Source: Phoronis australis (Eukaryota > Animalia > Phoronida). Taken from it: 64,000 nt of DNA. The position numbers were made by a program, and so were the translations under genes. Each line of letters starts with the position of its first letter. Position 1 is the first letter of the stretch. Shown here piece after piece: positions 1 to 12,864 of this stretch. The DNA lies in assembly GCA_002633005.1 (NCBI GenBank), contig NMRA01000207.1, positions 578,828 through 642,827 on the forward strand. Reading direction: 5' to 3'. The notes under the pieces were generated by a model. It saw nothing but the letters and a program-made list of their open reading frames with translations, made no database searches and was not told the DNA's origin.

Positions 1-1876
1 GATCAGCACTGCTTTTTATGAACTTCAGACCCTTTTATGTAAATATGAGCAGTGTTTGGAATTTGAGAAGTATAAAACTGCAACCATGTCCCATAACTTA
101 TTATGAAAATTCAAACAGTGCTCAGGTTCAGTGTCTCACACTTTGGAGACTCCTGAACTGAAGAATTTCTGGCATAGAAAGATTTTTATTTTTGCAATTA
201 TACGCTATCTAGGACGGGAAGCGTCAAAAGAATTACAATTCTATGGTATATGTGTCACCCACAGAAATATGTTTCATGTCATCTGGGTGGGCAACAATGG
301 AGAGGTCACTGTTACGAGTGTTCCCGAACTCACCTGCGATCACGAAGAAGCAGACACGCGTTTGTTATTGCACGCTCATCATGTCTGCAAGCAGTTACAC
401 CTCAACTATCATCAAAAGCCCTGACCCAGATGTGATAGTTTTGGGCATTGCCCATGCAGCCAACATTCCTGCATCTCTCAAAATGTTAACTGGTGCAGCT
501 CACAATTCCAGGTTAATTGATTTAAGTGCACTCGCACCTACTCTTGGCCATGACAAAGCCCAAGTGTTGCTTGGTTTGCATATTTTCACTGGGTGCGACT
601 CAGTTAGTGCCTTCAAAGGAAAAGGTAAAGTCAAGGCTCTGCAGCTGATGTTGGAAAGTCCTGCAGTATGTGAGTGGTTTCTAAAGAAGTTGGGCTCAAC
701 TTTTGAGTTTTCTGAGCACCTGATGGAAGACATTGAACTGCTTGTGTACAAGCTGTACAGCGACTCCGCATCATCAACAGTTAACGAAGCACGCTACCAC
801 ATATTCAGATTAAAATATGTGATGGAATCATCCCTCCCTCCTAATCATGATTGTTTGCTGTTACATGCCAGAAGAGCCAACTACCAGTGTGCTATTCACA
901 AACGAGCCTTGCGACAGCATGTCGGTGCGCCATCTCCAGTTGGTAATGGGTGGCTTTTGGAGCAGGGCAGTCTGAAGCCTCACTGGATGACACTACCTTT
1001 AGCCCCAGAAAGCGTCATGAAGAATGTTAATTGCAAATGTAAAAAGAGTGCTTGTGGTACAAAAATGTGCTCATATTTGAAGTCGGGCATGTCATGCTCT
1101 GAGTTGTGTGATTGTCAAGATTGTGTGAACACAGTGCCACCTGAAGAAACAACTTTTGGTGACACTTTTGATGATGATCTTAATGATGATGGAGTGGATG
1201 AAGAAACATAAAAAGGGTTTGCAATGTTATTGAAGAACTTTAAAATTGTAGCCTAGTGGAAAATGTGGACACTATTTTATCATGCTCATGACTGACATTG
1301 CTCGGTGTGTCGTTCCCCCTGAGAGGCAGTTGACAGTGAACTGCAATGGGATAATGTTAATTAATTATGACAATTAATGAAATTGATGACAGAAAATTTG
1401 TTGCAGAAGCATTGGAAATGTATGGTTTTCACATATAGGTTGTGATGTCAAATCTTTATCAAGTTCCAAATGGTTAACAGTATAGTAGGAGTTCAGAATA
1501 TAGTAGTGTGTTTTCTGGCCAACAGGAGGCGCTGCTTAAAGTATATATTTTCTCTTTTTTGAGCAATTCTCCCCCTAATGTCATAATATTTATCACTTTC
1601 CTTGTTCAATAACTTCAAATGAATAAAACCCAATCAGATTATCATTCAGTTTTTAGCTAGTGTTGTTGTTTTTTGAAGATTGGTTTTCTGTGCCAAATTA
1701 AGCAAAAAGTTAGATTTTTGAGGTCAAATTTCTCGAAAACGTGCAAGTCAAACCTTGGGAACTTTTTAGATTCTTAAAGTATACTACTCAATGACCTTAA
1801 AAACATCAAAATTATCTTGCCCCCAAAAAGTGGCCACGGAAGTCATTTTCTAGGCTTCCTGGAGTCGAATGGACTA
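1..1876 (+). mobile_element. 3' part of an Academ (AcademX-type) DNA transposon
   Basis: Contains the XPG-like and Cys-rich coding remnant at 243-1211. The sequence ends in ...GAATGGACTA at 1876 (reverse complement TAGTCCATTC), consistent with TAG...CTA Academ termini. The left end lies outside the window, so TIR and TSD cannot be confirmed. Confidence 0.65.
212..1211 (+). pseudogene. Frameshifted Academ transposase C-terminus: XPG/FEN1-like nuclease domain plus C-terminal Cys-rich (CXC-like) finger
   Basis: The HEEADTRLLLHA motif is in ORF 131-424. SPDPDV, LLGLHIFTGCDSVSAFKGKGK (H3TH-like GCD motif) and CKCKKSACGTKMCS...CSELCDCQDCVN are in ORF 243-1211, so the frame shifts near position 385. 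Confidence 0.75.
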
Positions 1877-2208
1877 CAGCCTAAATGGTGTTTGTTGTCA
1901 TTCTAGTCTTAGTGCATTACAATAATTATTGTATTTGCAAAACAACATCAAAATTATGTTTTGTTCAAGCAATTTATAAATGATAATTCCTCAAAATTGG
2001 TTTTATGTCTAGAAATCTTGTTATCCAATGCCAATTACAATCTTCACCGCCAGGCTCACGCTTGGCTCTAGGGTCTCCGAATACAACTTGGGCTCCACTT
2101 AATAGGTAGAGCTGTTGCAAATGTGTGACGAGGCAAATTACACTAGGACTGCCATCTTGAGATATAGTATCTTTGACAACACTGCACACGAGCGACTGCT
2201 GCGGGGAG

Positions 2209-2365
2209 AAGTGCTATAGTGGACCGTATGGGCGCACGGAGGCGCAGCCAACCACCTTTTGGCATTTGAACGTAGTGCCTACGCACCGCAAGTTACGTTC
2301 AGTGCTCAAGGTGATGCGGTTGGCTCTGGGAGCCTACTTACCTCTAATTTTACCACTTCACACTG
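2209..2365 (+). mobile_element. ~157-bp hAT-like MITE (copy 1)
   Basis: Homologous to 14768-14923. Degenerate TIRs, flanked by a near-identical 8-bp duplication gcggggag/gcgaggag. Confidence 0.75.
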
Positions 2366-3261
2366 GCGAGGAGAGCGACGTCGCGCGTCTGCTCAACTGG
2401 TAATCCACGCTCTCTACGAACCTCAAGTTGCACACTTTTTGTTCCACCCAGTACGTTGCCCTGCTTATCATCGTTTTGTCAAGTGGTCAGTATTGCTACG
2501 CTTGCACGAAAAGCGACGGGATGGCGATTATGAGCTCTTCTTACGTATCTGGGGAAGCCAAATGGTACGAACAGTTTGGACAGCCGGTAAGTCTCAACAG
2601 TCTTTTTTCGCCTATGTTTTCTCTGCCTCATTCCCGTCATAAACCGTACGAAGGTCAGCTACTACGGATATTTATACACGTTAGACAACACTCAGTCTAG
2701 TCTGACAACAAAGGTTCTCTTTGGGTTTGATTATATGCCAGATGTTGGCCGTCCATCTACACTGTACTCGTGGATAGGTCCCGGATGACGTGTCTCCCGT
2801 TAGAAGTACACGTGTGCGTTTTTAGGCTAGCTCCTATTATATTAATGAAAATTTAAGATCTTGGAGGTCTTGTCAATATTCTGTGTGGTTACCTAAACAG
2901 CCCCGACAACACGACTTATGAATAAGTTCCAAGCCAAGTAGCAGGCCGGCCGGGGCCCGACCGATGGGTGCAACCGACGTCCTCCGGTTAGCGTCTTTCA
3001 CTTGCCGTTTCTGTTAGAGTTTATAGTATCTTTCACGGTTATTACTAGAGTGTTCCTGCGAGCATAATTTGGCCCACACTATGTATTTCTCGCTTTGCTC
3101 TGGTCCTCGTCAGTTTTCATGTGGCCCTCCCTTGTTCGTTGGAAATAAATTACGTTTGACATGAAATTCGGTCAGGAAAAATTCGATAATCGGGGACGTC
3201 CGAGATCATTTAATTTGAGCTCCGTCGCTGGAGACGGGGCCTTGAGAAGGATCTAGCAGCT

Positions 3262-3403
3262 AGTGTTCGTAGCCAGGAGGGTTCGGGGGGTTCAATCGAA
3301 CCCACCCTCCCGCGGAAAAGGTCCAGCCCCGGCCTACCGTTAAAGATGGGGTATAGATGGACAACAACAACAACTAAATTGTTGCAGCTGCTGGAACTAC
3401 TAA
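3262..3403 (+). repeat. Interspersed repeat (MITE end), inverted copy at ~11351-11489
   Basis: gtagccaggagggttcgggggg...aaaggtccagcccc...ccgttaaagat...ttgttgcagct...actaac matches the reverse complement of 11351-11489. Confidence 0.7.
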
Positions 3404-3849
3404 CTATCGGGCCGTACCCTGCCGTACCGGCCTTCGCCCGAATTGTGCTTGATGATAGGATCGTGCAGACGATTAGAGGAGTCTTTATGTTATTCATGGT
3501 GGCTATAACGTAAGGTAACACGGGAGTCTAGAAGCAAATGTCTATACATACCTAGATAGGACATATATAGCAACGAGAGAGCTCCCAAAAGCTAGTGCCG
3601 TGTGAACGTCTTAAAATCGAACAATTAAAGAAACAAAATAACAGAAAGTAGGTTTATCTGCTATTTTGATAGTGACAGAATACGGTAAAGTGCAGACATT
3701 TTCAAATTTCCTCTTTGGTTGTGGATTGGTGGATGGCATGCATGCGTGTGTGCGTTTCCATTCTTTTAAATTCAGTACACGCCGATGATAATTAAGTTCA
3801 TTATAAGCAGTCCTCTGTCGTTGTTCAAAAACCAGACATTTAACTACAC

Positions 3850-3979
3850 GGGTGGAGCACCTTAGGGGGTTGGGGGGATATAGTCCCCACTTTTTTTCAG
3901 GGCTGCGGCGCCCATGGTCTATGGGCGGTGCACCACAGGGGTTTATAGCCCTCCCTTTTTCAGTGCTTCATCGCCAATG
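3850..3979 (+). repeat. Two tandem copies of a ~70-bp mini-MITE, also at 8524-8597 and 22330-22400
   Basis: Shared pattern catgggcgg..gcaccatagggg...tatagccccc.cttttttcagtgctgc..cgcccatg with short catgggc/gcccatg inverted ends. Confidence 0.6.
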
Positions 3980-5972
3980 AACTACCGTATTTTCTTGCAC
4001 TAAGAAAACCCCGACGGGCATGTTCATATTATTACGGAGAAGAAGGTCCAAACCTAATAAAAACTTTGGTCAATGAAGGAAATCTTCTCTTGTCAATCAG
4101 TGCCAATGGCGCACAGCCTCGCAGGCGTCATACGAGCAACAAACTTGATGGAAAAGATTTCCAAGGTTACATGTCATTATTCCGAAGGTTCACTACTCCT
4201 AAAGTCCACTACTCTGAAGTTATTGCAAGGGTTCGCTACCTTCAAAAGTTCTCCGAGTACTTCGAATGTCCACAGTTCATTACTCTGATTGTCTGCTAAC
4301 GAGTCGGAACTGACATGAGAAAAGTATTTGTATTTGTTCCCATTTAGTAACCATTTAAAGTTGAATAGTTTTTAAAACATTGATTACATTGTTTACAAAT
4401 GAGCTCAGTTCCAATCACTGCCAATCGTGAATCTTCAATCTAACTAACGACTCATTCAGTCTCAAGCAGGGTCAACATCGGGTCTGGACAAGCGACAAGT
4501 ATAGTGGCGGTTTTAAATTTAAGACGACTTAATGGGACTCTTCGACTTCGTGAAGGCTGGCAGGGACAGTGTAGCCTACTAACTACATTTAGTATACTGT
4601 AATTTCGACCCGGCCATGCGCGTTGTTCCGATGGGTGAGTTTGAGGGACAGCGGCCCTAAACTTGCTCAGTCACGCAATGAAATGATGCGACCTTGGCAT
4701 GGATTTGATGAATGTATCGTAGTTGATAATTCATCAATATTCCTACTTCATAATCCTTAAAAATTGAAGTATGTACTCATTTATCGTATTCGAAAGACAT
4801 GCGGGCAATTTCGCATGCGCATGAAATCCGGGCGTTGTTTGAGCATAGGTACACCACCTAGGGCATGGAATAATCGAAGTGTCGTTTATTTTTGCAGGTA
4901 AAAGGGGATATCTGATAAACCAAGTCCGAAATTTTAGATCTTTTCGGAATAGTGAACCTTCAGAGTCAGTGAACCTTTGGAATACTGGGCTGTTCCCATT
5001 TCCAGCGATGTAAGCAAAGTTAAGTAACACGCAAAATACAACCAGATCAAAATATTCAAGTCGATCATGCTCCTATTAAATATTTCCGTCCTAAAGTCTG
5101 CATTAAAATTCTCAAGTGTCCACTAAATTGAGAGCGGGTGGGATGAACGGAACGAAATGGTGACTGGCGTGTTCTGCGTTGCAAGTAAATGTTTTGTAAA
5201 TAATACGTTCTCTAGTGATTTGCAGAATAATGGTAACATTCAAATTGCAGTGAACACTAGATTGAGACAACTGGTGTGATATCCAATCAAACGTTGATCA
5301 CGGGGTCTCAAATTTGCGCATCAAATTTAAGCCTATACTAACACGTGCATTCACTCACTCTCACCTCGACTGCGTCACACACGCTGTTCGTAATGTCTGC
5401 ACAGTACTACCTTACTAGAGTCAGTCTAGATTCAAAGAAACCCCTTGTCCGGTCGCTTATTTCTGCAGTGGTTGTGAAAGATTGACCAGATTCTTTTTTT
5501 TTACCAACCCCAACTCTAAATTTATTTCTATAGATCGGAAAAACATCTGTTATTACTATCTCTATCGACAAAGTTAGTAACTGAGAATCTACAAGCCTAT
5601 CTCTGTCTCTAGGATGGAGAAAACAGCTTTCGTTAGATTTATTGTCTCGATAAACTTATTAACTCCTCCATAGAGTTAGTAAGTCAAAGACAGAAATTAA
5701 CACTTGGCCTGCAGAATTGATACAGTTAATAGGTTTACTTTTTATGGTATATGTAAATGACGTACATCTCTCCACGTCACTTGATGTACTCGTGATGCAG
5801 ATGACGCATGCCTTATCACCCCTCTTAGCATGAACTCTTCCTCAACAAATGCATCTGCTGTTTTCATAAACAATGAACTCTCACGTCTAAATGCCTGCCT
5901 GAGAGCAAATAAACTCTCACTTAACTCCTCAAAAACCAAAAACATGTTTTGATTCTTCAGAAACATCTCAAG

Positions 5973-6122
5973 GTGTGCGTTCCGGTAACGCTGGGACCTA
6001 CGCTACGACCTAACTAAAATCTAGGCAAAGTCACGTGATTTTATTTAAAATACACAGCAATAATTCAAGTAATCTCGCGAAGTCTTGCTCTTTAGCGAAG
6101 TCCTAGCGTTACTGAACTGGCC
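5973..6122 (+). mobile_element. ~150-bp MITE inserted into the LINE; same family as 41975-42348
   Basis: Interrupts the RT reading frame. Ends gttc.gtaacgct / agcgttactgaac are inverted, and the reverse complement matches 42205-42348. Confidence 0.7.
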
Positions 6123-7529
6123 TGCAAGTCTTGAACAAGTCAATCACATATGTCGAAACACTTAAGTTTTTGGGATTACACCTAGACCGACCCTTACCTT
6201 GGAACAAACATATACAAGAGATAGAAAAAACAAGACTGCTGAAACTTGTGGTGTACTGCGTACTGCTCAAGTTAAAAAGAACGCTTCCTCAACATGTTCT
6301 TCTTTTCATTTATAGAGCACTCATTTTACCACACTTTACTTATTGCTGTAACTTGCTGGGCTTTCTACAAATGCTGTCGACTACAAGTATTACAAAACGT
6401 GCTGTTCGAAATATTACGTCATCATACTTCCTAGCTCATACTGACCCGTTATTTCGGTCACTGAATCTTCTTTCCTTAAACAATTTTTTTATATTTCGTG
6501 TCTAAAATGTTTCCATAAGTCTTGTAATAAGCTGTTTTCCCCTTTTTTCTCAGATTTTTATGATGTTATCAAGTTTGATTCATACAAAAGACAAAGAAAT
6601 GTCCCCTCAAGATGCGCCGATTTTTGTGTAACACTTCCATAGCTCAACCAATTATTACCAATACCACCAACCAAAGCCAAGAGCATCCGCAACTTTCTTT
6701 TAGAACTTATTAATTGTTGTATTATTCCCCAATTCATAATTGAAAAGATATTTACTCACTCCAATCACACCTTCTCCTCAGCCGCAAAAACTCACCTGTT
6801 GCAAAACTATTCAGAAAAATGTTCAATACCAAACTGCCGAATCTGTGCATCTCAGCATGGCTAAAGTTTTAAAATTTTAAAAGTATTAGACAGATGTGTT
6901 TTACCTATAATCTCTAACTCTTGTTTCCCTGCGCTGTGTAATGAATTTCAATCATATAGTTATGTCTCCTCAGCCATTTTTATTCTGTACTCTTAGCCCT
7001 TCTTTGTAATGTGATTTTTCTTATAGTATGATATACATAACGTACTCATTCGTCTTTTTTCATTTGTTGTGCCAACCATGTTAGAGTTTAGGATACAGCA
7101 TTCTTAATCTGTTCCTTATTTTAGTTTCTCACATTATTGCATCCGTAGTTTATATTGTAAACTGTAGGTAATTGTACATGTACAATTTTTACATAGATAT
7201 ATAATCATTTTGTTGATACTCAACACAGGTTTGCGTTTCACTCATGTATTGAGAAAAATTGTTGAAACGAATTACTTACATAGTTTATTTTTGACTAAGT
7301 ACATGTTTAGATATAGGTGACTTTCATGCAAGAGGCTCCGTAGCCCTTTGAAAATCTTGTTTTGATATTTCTACAGTAGTCAATGACTATTATACATATT
7401 GTCTTAGTAAAACTGTAATTTTGTTGTTAACCTTCGGCTACTACAAATCCCACTCTTGTCACTTCAGATGCGCTTTGCAACCAGGAACGACTTGAATAGA
7501 TGCATGGCTATTACGAATGGCTAAATAAA

Positions 7530-7575
7530 CTCTGTCTCTGTCTCTGTCTCTGTCTCTGTCTCTATCTCTGACTCT
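7530..7575 (+). repeat. (CTCTGT)n microsatellite, LINE tail
   Basis: Direct inspection; immediately follows AATAAA. Confidence 0.9.
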
Positions 7576-9635
7576 GCCTGGAGAAAAAAAAACGTGCTGA
7601 CCTTTTACAGCTGAATCGTTTACACCGATAATTGAAAGTAACATTGACTGGTTTGTGTGAAATGGTAAAGAACATGGCATTCTAGTGGCCGTCTCGTTTT
7701 ATTGGAAAATGAGCCAGGCCCGTCTAGTGTTATCAATACGGATTTGGGTCAGACCGTTCGACCACAAATGTCACTAAGTCACCGCCTTAATTCAAAATCA
7801 TATTAATTAGGATATGCGCCATGGGATAAAGGTGTCGTTTCGATCTATACCAAGAACTGCATGACGTCGAAATGCTTGTCAAAATTGTGTGAAAGATCAT
7901 TGTCTACCTGCAGCTTTCGAAAGTAAACGCTCGCGTGGGCCCTAAAATCGACATGGCTGTGTGTGCGTGGGTGAGGCGGGGCTGTGTGGGGGGTCTGCTG
8001 CTGTAACCTTTGCCGGTGTTAGACGATGGAAAGTGTTTGTACATGTAGCACAAAATATTACATTTGATCACATCTCTGGGACATGTTCCCCTACAAAATC
8101 GTACCTTCGCGATCGATCTTTTGACTTGCACCACTGTGCAGTAAACCCAGGCTGCCTGCCAAAACAAATTTTGGTTACTCTGTTGTTATAAAGTCGATCT
8201 CATCTGGTTCCGTACACATGCTTTATAGACATGAGAAGAACTGATAACTTACTGTTGCTTCAGATCAGTCCCTGCTAAGTGACCGTGAGAAAAGTCATAT
8301 TTTCAGGTGATCCCCTGAACCTGAAATATTCGAGTCGCCGCCAAACCCTGTTGACTGAGCTAAATCGCACTGAGTATTCAGCAGGGTATTTAACTGGCTA
8401 AGTCATAGGCCTCGATTTCTACACATGTCTGGCACTTGCACAATGGCGTGAATTGGCGATTTGTATTAAAATCATATAAATACCCAGGATTTTAGTGTTT
8501 TATAGCTTTGATTAAAGCTCGTTCATGGCCAGCGCACCATAGGGGCTGGGGGAGGGGCTATAGCCCCCCACTTTTTTCAGTGCTGCTCCGCCCATGCCAT
8601 TACTTCAAAAAGTCTACCCCATTCAAGTATAATCCCGTAAAAACAGTAATCACCTTTAAAGTTGCTTTTTACGGCGGCTTAGTTATAGTTATCGTGCGTA
8701 AGGTGTCAGTAGAATTCCAGTCGTTTTCATTTATTGCAACAAATTTCAGTTTAAGCAAAGGATGAGAGTACCATGACGCTGGAAGTTGTTTTTAACACCA
8801 GAACATGGTTTACTTTGATATAAGCAGTGTTCTACGTGGTGCAATATACTTCGAGTGAAAGCCGCTATTATTCCCTCGTCTGTGCTGCCGCTTCTCGGCT
8901 TTGCAGTCAGAATGAAGAACGACTTTCTTCACAAGCATATCGCTCTTCAAAGGCAATGTCCTCCGATATACTGGCGTAGATATTTCATGGTGAATTGAAA
9001 CTGCAAGTGTTAGTATCTTTGGGTACACCTTGAAAAAAATAAAATTAAAGGATACACTTTTAGTCCATATAAGCCCGACAGTCTTTTAGGTCACCATTCC
9101 CTTGCAAACGAATAATGCACTTTATTCGAAACGTCGGCAGAAGATCCTTTTCTCTTGGATTCTTTAATTTTTAGACGCTGCTCCGAGAGATCTCAACTCT
9201 TACAAGATCCCCTTGCTGCTGTTCTTTGTTTGTTCTGAAATTGGTTGCAGCAACATCAACACGCTTGGTATTCCCCTAGCAACACACCGTGACAATTAAT
9301 CATTATCAGCTTGCTCTGAAGCAATGACAAACTAACAGCTCTTCTCCAGTACAGAAATTAGCCCTAATCCGATTAGAGAACACTTCAAGCGATTCCGACA
9401 TCATAATAGTCAGGCACAGGCCTAAATTCAATGTGGGAAAGTGCAGCTGAAATTAAAGGTTATTGATAAGATACTCCACCCTTTTAAATGATGCGATCGT
9501 GACTTCTGGTATAATGTTAGACGTGTGCACGAACATGTGCCCCCACTTCGCGAACTCACACCCTCGCCATTCGCGCTTGCGGTACGTTCCGAAAGGCAAC
9601 GACTGACTACAACGCAGTTGATTTATTGTCAGGAC

Positions 9636-9781
9636 ATGTAGGACCTTATGTAGGACCTTATGTAGGACCTTATGTAGGACCTTATGTAGGACCTTATGTA
9701 GGACCTTATGTAGGACCTTATGTAGGACCTTATGTAGGACCTTATGTAGGACCTTATGTAGGACCTTATGTAGGACCTTAT
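9636..9781. repeat. Perfect 12-bp tandem repeat (ATGTAGGACCTT)x12
   Basis: 12 identical units with no spacers; explains the (VGPY)n ORF 9626-9823. Confidence 0.95.
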
Positions 9782-9899
9782 CGACAAGTCTCTAGATTTA
9801 GCCAAATATGTACAAAGCTATAGAAATTAACTCGATAAAAGTATATACTTTCTGAAAGTAGAAATTCCATAGTATTTTATTTTTGACTTTGTACAAATC

Positions 9900-10285
9900 T
9901 GGTCGCCTTGTTTTTTGAAAAATTTAGGAAAAAGGAAAGGTGCATTCATAGCAAAACAATAAGATCAATAAGATCAATAATAGAACCTAATTTCGTAATG
10001 ACATGCATGTACATGCTCAAGATAAATTCTCAAAAACGCTGTTACAGTTTTGTAAATTGTTTCGTTTTTGTTCTATGCAAATTTCATCAAATCATATCAA
10101 TCCTATTTTGATACACCCTCATGCAACAATGTAACGTTTACATACAATCCCTAACACCGCATTGGAGAACAGTGTGTAAGGCGTACTTTCTGAGAGTTCA
10201 TGTGAATCCGATTAGCCACTTCCGAGATATGATTTTCAAAAGTTGTCCAAAATTGTACATTTTTCTATGGCCCCACATAAAGTTT
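9900..10285 (+). repeat. Interspersed repeat, diverged direct copy at ~12520-12945
   Basis: Collinear shared blocks aaaggt.cattNatagcaaaacaa, tcaaaaacgctgt..cagtttt, attttgata..cctca.gcaa, gaatcc.at....ttc.gagatatg. Confidence 0.7.
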
Positions 10286-11808
10286 TCCCACCGGCTCTGT
10301 AGCTTCGGTGATGGCGAAATTTCGGACATTGCAGGGGAACATACTAACAGCGCGAGTTTCCTCCGGAGTTGGAGGTGGTGAAGAGTCGACGCCACCGTAG
10401 TTATGGGTAGGGGAGACTGACAACAGCGGGTGGTGACTGGTCGGCAGTATTTGTTAATATTTTGTTCTAATATTTATTATTTTGGCAATATAAGCATCTT
10501 GTTTTAATTTATCCGTGTGTATGTTCTATTCTTTACATTGCCAAAAAATCACTGAACATACGCAAAACGAGTTCCTTTCATACGTCATACTACCTTTGCT
10601 CTGATCAGCTGAGACTCAACCACCTTGCGACAACTCCGCTGAATATTGGCCGTAGCTGATGGGAACGGCAACGTTAACTTCGCGGTCAACCGCTGTTAAC
10701 ATCGTAGCGTGGATAGCTAGCGCAGTTTACTGCATATGAAATGGCCTTTGTCACCTCTTATTTCGTAGGCAGTAATGTAGCTGGAGTAAGAGACTAAATA
10801 CTAGTCTCGTTCGTTACTAACATATCAGGAATGATTAAATTTTTACTGAGTTTTGTAGTGCCATAAAAGTAACAATCTAACCAATCAACTTTTACTCGTT
10901 CAATTTAATTTTCTGTCATACTTTCTCCTGGGCTTTCTGCTCTCGTATCATGGTGTACCCTTAAGTATATTACTTCGTCGGATAACGTCCAATGTCGGCA
11001 TTACGAAATCGGAAATGTCATTTTCTATTGACTTTCAGTGCCAAAGCGTCCACTCTATGTCTCCGTGTTTATAGTTATTTCTTCACTGTTTGTTCCTGAT
11101 ACACCGTATTGAGGCCCATACGCCCATATCTATTTTTTTTCGAAGATATTTGTCTCAAGTAATTCACGAATACGTACATTCGCCAAAACTTCGCTTACAG
11201 GCGCAGGTGGATATCTCGTTTATGTCTTTTGGGACCCTAGATTTCTGAATTACGGTGGTATTTTCGTACGTTTTGTCCATTTCAGATAAGTCAAGTTCCA
11301 ATCGTATGTTTTTATATTATGCCTTTTTTTACTGGAGTGTTTCACATATTGTTAGTGGTACGAGTAGCTGCAACAATTTTGTTGTTGTCCAACTGTATCC
11401 TATCTTTAACGGATAGGCTGGGGCTGGACCTTTCAGCGGAGGGGGGGGGGTCGTTCGAACCCCTCAAATCCCCCTGGCTACAGTCCTGAGGCTACTGGCC
11501 CGTTCAGTGACTTAAGTTCATTTTTGACTTAAGTCTAAAATTTGTCTTTGGGTAAGATGTTCAACATTAAGATAAAGCTCAAGATCTCTTTCTTGAAACG
11601 GGTCTCAAACAAACTAAACTTTTACCTTAAAATTGACTGAAATTTGAGATTTGTTTTTAGCTAAATCAGTTTTTTTGAAACGGGCCCTATAACTAGAGTC
11701 CAACAGTGAGATTTATGAAGTTGTAGCTGTTAGGAACATGGAAGTGTTTATCTAGTAATTCCATCCCACTCAGCGCTATTTATATATGTTGAGTTTTGGT
11801 TTCAACAT

Positions 11809-11963
11809 CTGGGTCCAGTTGCATAAAAGTTATACGCCATATAGCAACAATGACGTCGCATTATCACGCTCCACGTTGTTATTGTTGAACAATGCACCTG
11901 ACGTCATGTAACAATTAAAGTTATCCGGCGTATAACTTTAAAGTTTTATGCAACCCAGTCCTG
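11809..11963. mobile_element. ~155-bp palindromic MITE
   Basis: Left end ...gttgcataaaagttatacgcc is inverted relative to ggcgtataactt...aagttttatgcaac at the right end. Confidence 0.55.
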
Positions 11964-12753
11964 AAGAAGATATTCTGCCAAGTTATACTCATTTCAACTT
12001 CAATGCACTCTTCTTTATTTTTTGCTTTACTAAGTTAATTTAGCATTGTATAGTAGTGAACAAAATATGTTTAAATTAGTTAAAATTAGTCTCGTTTTAC
12101 GATATTGTTCTTTTTAACCTGAGAATGGTACCACTTTTCCTTAGGCAAAACGCCCAAAACTTGCTGAAGATATGTGTCATTTGTGTACCTTAAGGGAAAT
12201 CGTTTTTATCAAAATACCTTCAAAAAACAAATGTTCGTTATTTTATGTGTTAGAACAATCAATACCATTCATGTTTACCACTATTATTATTTGATCATAA
12301 TAAAATAATTTAAAAGTAAGAAGAGATTCTCTTCCTGGATAAAGTAAGAATATTCTTAAAATAACTCCAGGTTGTGTCGGATCTGATCAACAAGTATGTA
12401 CGTTTAAAAAATATCTAGAAAAGTATAAATTTCAATGTAGAAAAAGTATATAGGCCGCAGAATTAAATTGTTGATTTTTTAGCAAACTGTTATTAATCGG
12501 GTCACATGACCATGTCTTTTTAGTAAAATTTAGCAAAAAAAGAAAGGTACATTGATAGCAAAACAACGATATCAATAACACGATCAAACTTTATTTGATA
12601 TAAATGTTCAAGGCGAGACATCAAAAACGCTGTCGCAGTTTTCGAAAATATTATTTGGTTTCGTTTATCAACTTTAAATATTTCTCATGAAAGTATTATT
12701 TTGATAGCTCCTCACGCAAAAGGACATTAAATAATTCCTAAAAGCATTTTTGA

Positions 12754-12864
12754 GAATAGTGCATAAGCATTGTATCCGCAAGTGTTATATGAATAGTGCA
12801 TAAGCATTGTATCCGCAAGTGTTATATGAATAGTGCATAAGCATTGTATCCGCAAGTGTTGTAT
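12754..12864. repeat. 37-bp tandem triplication (GAATAGTGCATAAGCATTGTATCCGCAAGTGTTATAT)x3
   Basis: Units start at 12754, 12791 and 12828; the third has one mismatch; no spacers. Confidence 0.95.

Larger units (their letters stand above)
5575..7575 (+). mobile_element. Degenerate 3' end of a CR1/L2-group non-LTR retrotransposon (RT C-terminus, 3'UTR, microsatellite tail)
   Basis: Broken RT motifs: YKPISV (~5590), ADDACL (~5797), LKFLGLHLD..L.WNKHI, IYRALILPHFTYC, KRAVRNITSSYFLAHTDPLFRSLNLL (ORF 6131-6505) and terminal CSIPNCRIC (~6820-6846). AATAAA at ~7524 is followed directly by a (CTCTGT)n tail. Confidence 0.8.

Noticed and set aside
7904-8191. Overlapping Cys-containing ORFs
   Set aside because: No motif or consistent exon structure recognised.
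9626-9823. (VGPY)n repeat protein ORF
   Set aside because: Simple translation of the minisatellite; starts at TTG and has no splice support.
9636-12864. CRISPR-like arrays (12-bp and 37-bp repeats)
   Set aside because: Units are directly adjacent with no unique spacers, there are no cas genes, and the context is eukaryotic.
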